From positions 1-42,159 of the IMG/VR virus record IMGVR_UViG_3300020045_007290: DNA of 42,159 bases; one strand, 5' to 3'. Shown here one piece after another: positions 37,038 to 42,159 of this stretch. How positions within the stretch are numbered: position 1 is the first letter of the stretch; every line of letters starts with the position of its first letter. Below the pieces are notes generated by a model. It did no database searches. It was given only the letters and a program-made list of their open reading frames with translations, and was not told where the DNA came from. The translations under genes and the position numbers were made by a program. The stretch comes from a virus. Its lineage: Duplodnaviria > Caudoviricetes.

Positions 37038-37715
37038 TTAATCAAATAATTTTATCTTCCCGATGAAATCATCTGTGATCAAAGGGCTGCTTTTCTTTTC
37101 AACCTCAGCATCAATAAGGATTTCAGGATTCGAATCGATGAAAGCTTTCAAGCGTACATACTCAGCAGCGAACTTTTCGCCCAGCCTATCTGAGATATTC
37201 CCCTTGTGAAGAATGTCATTGATGTTCTTTAAATGCTTCGTGATGTCTTGGAATGACTTAATAGAGATCGTTGGAGTATCAAGATTCGCTGGAATGTTTG
37301 TCACTGAAGTAACGCCCCACAAGCGAAGTTCTTTGATCACGCGTGCTTTCTGAAGCATGTCCATCGTGTCTTTGATCGTTTGGAATTCTTGTGAGTGACC
37401 TTTAATGATGCCCGCCTTGTATTGTTCATAAGTATCTAAGCCAACAACAGTCTTCAACGCTAACTGTGATAAACAGAACGCGCCTTTGTTATCAACTTCA
37501 ACACTCATAGGAACTCCACACGCATGTGTATGATCACGATTGTGATAAAGATTGCTGAAGTTTTCTTTCAACGTTTTAGAGTAAGCACTCTTTTCGATGA
37601 TGTCGCCTTCAAGGTCTTTGTCGAACGCAGCAAAGTAGAAAGCTACCTGCCCTGTCTTATCGTCCATGTCCTTCATCTGTAAAGGAAAAGACTTGATGAT
37701 TTTGTCTGTTTTCAT
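37038..37715 (-). CDS. HK97-type prohead protease
   Basis: D..GDII...AY.KT...H...HS..F...L...S.VT.IPAN. Confidence 0.85.
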   Translation of the reverse strand: MKTDKIIKSFPLQMKDMDDKTGQVAFYFAAFDKDLEGDIIEKSAYSKTLKENFSNLYHNRDHTHACGVPMSVEVDNKGAFCLSQLALKTVVGLDTYEQYKAGIIKGHSQEFQTIKDTMDMLQKARVIKELRLWGVTSVTNIPANLDTPTISIKSFQDITKHLKNINDILHKGNISDRLGEKFAAEYVRLKAFIDSNPEILIDAEVEKKSSPLITDDFIGKIKLFD

Positions 37716-38983
37716 TATTCCGTTTTTTCTTTTTCTTTTGTTTCTTTTGCAAGTTCCACATCAGCATAATCAGCAAACTTTTCTCTGTCGATGATTCCCT
37801 TGTCAAATAACACAGCTAATTTTTCAACTAAGATTTTAGCTGCTGTTTCTTTTTTCACTTCATCAGATTGCATGATAGGCAAGTGATCGAATGAAGCTAA
37901 TAACTTTTCGCCTTTCTCAGAAAGCTTGAAGTCTTCAGCGAGATAGTTGCAAAGCTTTTTCCCGAGCGGTAGCATAGTACTGTTGTACGTTTTCTTTTCG
38001 CCTGCTGCTTTATTCTCAAACGTTGCTCCTTTAGTTGATGGGAAAACGTCACGATCAATGCCCCACGCCCCACAGCATAGCCCGAATGAATCTTCTAATC
38101 CTTCGTACAACATAAGCTGTTTAACATCGAACGTGACAGGATTCCATTTCAGTGATGCTGTCGTAACAAGTACATGGGAACGATCACTGTCAAGCGAACG
38201 ATCACTTTGATACTGATCTTCGATTCGTTTACGTTCAGGGTCTTTCAAAGGAATAATTCCATCGCCATCATTCGTTGGCTTATCTTGTGAGATGAATCCG
38301 ATCAACCCGCGTTCAGTCAAGATGATGTTATTCGATTTGAGTGCTGCAACGATATTCGACAACGGCATCTGAAGCACTTCAATTTTGCTGACAGGCTTTA
38401 AGATTTGATTCCCAATGCCTTCGCAGATGTGAAGAATCTCGCTCGGTTCGAACTTATCATTGTAATACATCAATTCGTAATTCTCAATGATCTCCTCGAT
38501 CTTATACTGTCGAAACATTTTGCCTGTTAAGTTTACTTTCACAAACCCTGTAGGTAACCACCATATAACTTGAGGAATATCACTCAGCATCGATTTGTTT
38601 TTATACATCACAGCTGAAGAATAGATCGCATTGTTCACATAGTAGTCATACAAAAACCCTTCCATGTTTTGCAATGGATTCGGATTGTTCAACAGCTTTA
38701 GTACTTCTGAATTCTCAATATCTTTTCCCTCTTTATCAACATGTCGAATCTGCATGTTCGAAAACATTTTAGCACCCTCACTGATCACAATGTTTAAATG
38801 CGGAACATTCACAGCGACATTCATAAGCTGTGTGATTGATGTATCAAGTAAAATTACTTTTTGATTCGCAGGCTGGAAGCTTCTGTTGAAATTAAATTTC
38901 GCTGAAGACTTGCCTAGAATGGCACGACCGACACCGCCAAGCCAATTGAAGAATTTCTGTTGGTCGTTAAATACGTCTGCCAT
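37715..38983 (-). CDS. Portal protein
   Basis: LLNNPNPLQ, EILHI, ATFEN motifs; position. Confidence 0.9.
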   Translation of the reverse strand: MADVFNDQQKFFNWLGGVGRAILGKSSAKFNFNRSFQPANQKVILLDTSITQLMNVAVNVPHLNIVISEGAKMFSNMQIRHVDKEGKDIENSEVLKLLNNPNPLQNMEGFLYDYYVNNAIYSSAVMYKNKSMLSDIPQVIWWLPTGFVKVNLTGKMFRQYKIEEIIENYELMYYNDKFEPSEILHICEGIGNQILKPVSKIEVLQMPLSNIVAALKSNNIILTERGLIGFISQDKPTNDGDGIIPLKDPERKRIEDQYQSDRSLDSDRSHVLVTTASLKWNPVTFDVKQLMLYEGLEDSFGLCCGAWGIDRDVFPSTKGATFENKAAGEKKTYNSTMLPLGKKLCNYLAEDFKLSEKGEKLLASFDHLPIMQSDEVKKETAAKILVEKLAVLFDKGIIDREKFADYADVELAKETKEKEKTE

Positions 38984-39001
38984 TGTGAGAATTATTTTTT
39001 A

Positions 39002-39009
39002 CAAATATA
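39002..39009 (-). promoter_or_regulatory. -7 box TATATTTG for the portal gene
   Basis: Consensus match, intergenic. Confidence 0.6.
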
Positions 39010-39016
39010 CATTATT

Positions 39017-39238
39017 TTATGATTTAAAGAATCTGAACAATTTTTTTACAGCTGCTAGTCCTCGAGGTAACCAACGAGTTTCACAATCATCGCAAATCCA
39101 TTCATTACACGCATAGCAGTAATAACATTTTTTAAGTGAAGCATCGCCATCAATACCAAAACAAACAGCGCACTGCTGCTGTTCGTACTTCTTTTTATCT
39201 GAATTCGCTTTACCAAGAAAGAATGATCCGCAGCACAT
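39017..39238 (-). CDS. Small Cys-rich Zn-binding protein
   Basis: CAVC...CYAC...CDDC; coupled to the terL stop. Confidence 0.6.
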   Translation of the reverse strand: MCCGSFFLGKANSDKKKYEQQQCAVCFGIDGDASLKKCYYCYACNEWICDDCETRWLPRGLAAVKKLFRFFKS

Positions 39239-40701
39239 TATTTTTCCTCCGTTTCTTTTACTGCATTCTTAAACATGTGATCTACAAAGCCACGTATCAT
39301 CTTCGCCAAGCCTGCGAGCGAATCAGGAGCATCATCAAGCGTACTCTTTCCATTCTTCAGAAATGCTGTGACTTGCTTCATAAACTTATCGTAATCAGAG
39401 CCAGGAAGATAATCGTTTCGGAAGTAAAAGTATTCTTTGATGAATCCCGACTGCATTAAGATTCGCGTGAGTTTGTTCGTTGTGTTCTTAACGCCTAGCA
39501 GCTTTTCTCCAGGCACTAAATCTTCTAGCGATGTTTTGAATTGCTTCCCTTGATTGTTCGTTTCTATTCGAACATAGTCGTGATTGATCTTCTTGATCAT
39601 TGCAGCACATAAAGGAATCGTGACTTCAACGCCATCCTGTGTGAAGATCACATCAGTGATAAATACTTTGTTCGGCATGATGTGTGCTGATGGGAAAGAT
39701 AAGTTGTCAATCCCTTCATCTGCCACATCTATGTACCCTAATTTTGATTCACAGTCAGCAATCTTCAGTTCTTTCAAGCTGAAGCGTTTCAACTCAGCTA
39801 ATGGGAACAGCAATCCTTTTGATTCTTTCGGGTCTTGCATGTGCTGGCGTTCGAACACAACTTCGTTTTCTTTGCGAAGCTTTTCAAGTTCCTCGATAGT
39901 ATGTTTGAAAGGCCACAACGCTGTGCCATCAGCTTTTATCGATGGTAAGCTTAACACATGCCAATCACCAGGCGATTGCTTCGTGATATAACCACACAGA
40001 TCATCTTCGTGAAGTCGCTGCATGATAATGATTATAGGCGTGTTTCTGCTGTTCACACGATTCTTTATAGTTGAATCCCAGCGATTGTTGATTCGGTTTC
40101 TGATCGTATCAGAATCAGCATCATCGGGCTTGATAGGATCATCGATGATCAACGCTCCACCGAACTCATGCGTGTTCTTTTCATTGTCTAAGAAATCAAA
40201 ATCGACTTCCTCTTCAACAGTACCAGCACCGAATCCAGTCACTTGACCTGCTGCTGATGTAGCATACACACCGCCGCCAGCTGTCGTGTACCATTTCTTT
40301 TTTGCTTCAGACTTGGGCTTAATTTTTACGAGTGGGAACAGCTGTTGATATTCTTGCGATGTAACAATGTCGCGTACTTCCTCAGAGTTATCAAGCGCGA
40401 GATCATCAGAGTAAGAAAGGTGAATGAACTTAGCTGCTGGATTAACAGCTAACCCATGCGCGATAAAGTTCTTGACAGCTAATTCAGTTTTCCCGTAACG
40501 AGGTGCAATGTTTATGATCAAGCGTTTGATCTCACCATTAATGACTTTATCAAGCACATCGCTGATCGCTTTATGATGATCGCCAACGATGAACTTTCGC
40601 CCGAATCGCTTTTTGAAAAAGTATCGTGTGAAGTCAAGCGAGGAACTTTGACACAAGTACTTAGCAACTGTCAGTTCCTCAATACTTGCTGTCGAATTCA
40701 T
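39238..40701 (-). CDS. terL: Terminase large subunit
   Basis: Walker A APRYGKT, Walker B LIIDDP, QRLHEDD, nuclease IDVA...DDAPD. Confidence 0.95.
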   Translation of the reverse strand: MNSTASIEELTVAKYLCQSSSLDFTRYFFKKRFGRKFIVGDHHKAISDVLDKVINGEIKRLIINIAPRYGKTELAVKNFIAHGLAVNPAAKFIHLSYSDDLALDNSEEVRDIVTSQEYQQLFPLVKIKPKSEAKKKWYTTAGGGVYATSAAGQVTGFGAGTVEEEVDFDFLDNEKNTHEFGGALIIDDPIKPDDADSDTIRNRINNRWDSTIKNRVNSRNTPIIIIMQRLHEDDLCGYITKQSPGDWHVLSLPSIKADGTALWPFKHTIEELEKLRKENEVVFERQHMQDPKESKGLLFPLAELKRFSLKELKIADCESKLGYIDVADEGIDNLSFPSAHIMPNKVFITDVIFTQDGVEVTIPLCAAMIKKINHDYVRIETNNQGKQFKTSLEDLVPGEKLLGVKNTTNKLTRILMQSGFIKEYFYFRNDYLPGSDYDKFMKQVTAFLKNGKSTLDDAPDSLAGLAKMIRGFVDHMFKNAVKETEEK

Positions 40702-41170
40702 CTTTGAACTTCTTTTTTTGTTCAGGTGATAACTCAGGAATGATCACTGTGTTTTGGGTTTCTGTTTGATCTTTCAGCCCTAGATCACGCGCAATGATGT
40801 TTGGATTCAACAGATTTGCCGCCGCTCCTGTGAACTTCTGATTGTAAATTGTATTTTCAATTTTCTTTATGACCGTGATAAATTCTTCCTTGTTTTGTCT
40901 GTCTTGCGATTTGAAGGAACGGAAATATGATTCATCGCAATCAAGAAATAAGCATAGTCCCATAAGCGTGTACGCTCTCATTTTGTCGAACTTTTCTTTT
41001 GTTACGATTCCTTGATAAGCATAACCTTGTTCCTCAGTCAGAGGATTATCATCACACCATTGGAAGTACTCACATGCAGCCTCCCACAATAGTTCAGGCG
41101 TTTCGAACAGCTTTTCGCGTCCTTGCGTTGCTCTCTGTTTCCAAAATTGATTTCCTTTAGGTGCTGACAT
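40679..41170 (-). CDS. terS: Terminase small subunit, P22 gp3-like
   Basis: APKGNQFW...LWEAACEYFQW...QKFTGAAA.LLNPNIIARDLGL. Confidence 0.92.
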   Translation of the reverse strand: MSAPKGNQFWKQRATQGREKLFETPELLWEAACEYFQWCDDNPLTEEQGYAYQGIVTKEKFDKMRAYTLMGLCLFLDCDESYFRSFKSQDRQNKEEFITVIKKIENTIYNQKFTGAAANLLNPNIIARDLGLKDQTETQNTVIIPELSPEQKKKFKDEFDSKY

Positions 41171-41177
41171 AGTGAAA

Positions 41178-41185
41178 CAAAGTTA
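41178..41185 (-). promoter_or_regulatory. -7 box TAACTTTG for terS
   Basis: Consensus match just upstream of the ATG. Confidence 0.55.
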
Positions 41186-41221
41186 AGTATCTCTGATGAA
41201 TAATGAAAGCTTTTTAGCTGT

Positions 41222-41352
41222 TTTTATCAAAACGTAAAAAAATAATGCGTTTTTTGTGTAATTTTATGGAGTTCATTATCAATAAGTTAGCTGTGTTTTG
41301 ATAAAATTATTTTACGTTTTTGTAAAAGGAATTAAAAAACGTTGTATGTTTG
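41222..41352. promoter_or_regulatory. Divergent control region: operators at 41222-41239 and 41310-41327 (inverted) and + strand -7 box TATGTTTG at 41345-41352
   Basis: 41310-41327 is the exact reverse complement of 5386-5403. Confidence 0.75.
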
Positions 41353-41393
41353 TCATGTAATCAATAAGCAAATAAACTTTAATCGCTCGCAAA

Positions 41394-41693
41394 ATGAAAA
41401 AGATCACTCTAGCAACAATAAAAAGCTTCATCAAGAAGAATGAAGGTAAATTGTTCATTAATGTAAAATCTCGCTTCGATGGAATGACAGATGGTGTTGA
41501 ATCTCAGCATGGCGGTTTTGTTGCAGCTGTTCAAACTGAAGATCACAAATCATACTGTTTAGGAATCAAAGGTGCTTGGTTCGTAGGTCAGTCACGCGAC
41601 TATTTCACAGCTTATGACAATCTCGCAGGTGATATGACTGGATTTGAAGTTTCAAATTCATGCGGTCGATTCATTTTAGCTGTTAAGAAATAA
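41394..41693 (+). CDS. Hypothetical early protein
   Basis: First ORF after the early promoter; ITLATIKSFI...SRFDGMTD...GAWFVG.SRD. Confidence 0.75.
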   Translation: MKKITLATIKSFIKKNEGKLFINVKSRFDGMTDGVESQHGGFVAAVQTEDHKSYCLGIKGAWFVGQSRDYFTAYDNLAGDMTGFEVSNSCGRFILAVKK

Positions 41694-41911
41694 TGAGTTA
41701 CGATGATTGGAAACTAGAAACGCCGCCTGATGATGGGCCTCGTTTCACTCACACGCCTGACATTGCAAAAGAAGCTAAGCAATTCTATCTTCAAAAAGGC
41801 TTTGATCTCGCTTATGAGATCGCTGAGAAATACAGCAAAGGAACATTAGGCGCGAAATATTGGGCTGACATTGCAAAGGAACTATTAAAAATCAAAGAAC
41901 AAGGATTATGA
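41693..41911 (+). CDS. Hypothetical protein
   Basis: MSYDDWKLETPP start; coupled to the upstream stop. Confidence 0.65.
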   Translation: MSYDDWKLETPPDDGPRFTHTPDIAKEAKQFYLQKGFDLAYEIAEKYSKGTLGAKYWADIAKELLKIKEQGL

Positions 41912-42129
41912 TAACATACATACAAGATCAGATCGATGAAATTCTTCCTGAAGGATACAATTTCGAAGTGCATACTTGGAAGCACGATGGCATTATCAAG
42001 ACTAAGATAAGAATTTCTAAGCTGTTGCCCAAAGAAAAAGAGGAACTAATTGAACAAAAAGCAGTTGATGGGATACAAAGTGCTTATGAATCAATACTTT
42101 TATTTTTTCAAGAACTAACTAAAAAATAA
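41908..42129 (+). CDS. Hypothetical protein
   Basis: ATGA-coupled; its 3' end is duplicated at 1-91. Confidence 0.65.
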   Translation: MITYIQDQIDEILPEGYNFEVHTWKHDGIIKTKIRISKLLPKEKEELIEQKAVDGIQSAYESILLFFQELTKK

Positions 42130-42159
42130 TAAACTATGTTCGTACAAGAAACAGCAGAT
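42039..42159. repeat. Terminal direct repeat, copy 2
   Basis: Identical to 1-121. Confidence 0.95.

Noticed and set aside
42039-42159. Biological terminal repeat
   Set aside because: The exact 121-bp overlap cuts through ORFs, as expected of an assembler overlap on a circular contig.

Overview
The window is an apparently complete ~42.0-kb tailed phage genome (siphovirus-like). Bases 1-121 are repeated exactly at 42039-42159, which indicates a circular or circularly permuted contig of 42038 bp. A Bacteroidota host is inferred from repeated TAnnTTTG -7 promoter boxes, A-rich translation starts without Shine-Dalgarno sequences, and Bacteroidota-style signal peptides. The + strand arm (41394 through the junction to 16090) carries early and DNA-metabolism genes: an octapeptide-repeat protein, RNase H, a Cro-like HTH, a Rad52-like annealase, an ExoVIII-like nuclease, a complete 7-deazaguanine DNA-modification cluster (folE, queD, queC, queF, dpdA, ParB-like, queE), a lambdoid-style initiator, HNH proteins and a lone Toprim/Spo11-like protein. 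The - strand arm (41170 to 16183) carries terS/terL, portal, protease, HK97-type capsid, neck, tail, tape measure, tail tip, fibres and lysis genes. I found no integrase, CI-type repressor, polymerase, tRNA or CRISPR array. The most notable items are: (i) a predicted dPreQ1-type modification cluster containing a nuclease-less NUMOD4-HTH gene; (ii) three virion-module proteins with Sec signal peptides; (iii) a kissing-loop terminator RNA ahead of the replication initiator; (iv) a palindromic operator shared by the early promoter region, the HTH gene and the modification cluster; (v) a 12x24-bp coding repeat that varies only non-synonymously. All protein calls come from motif recognition by eye, not from database searches.
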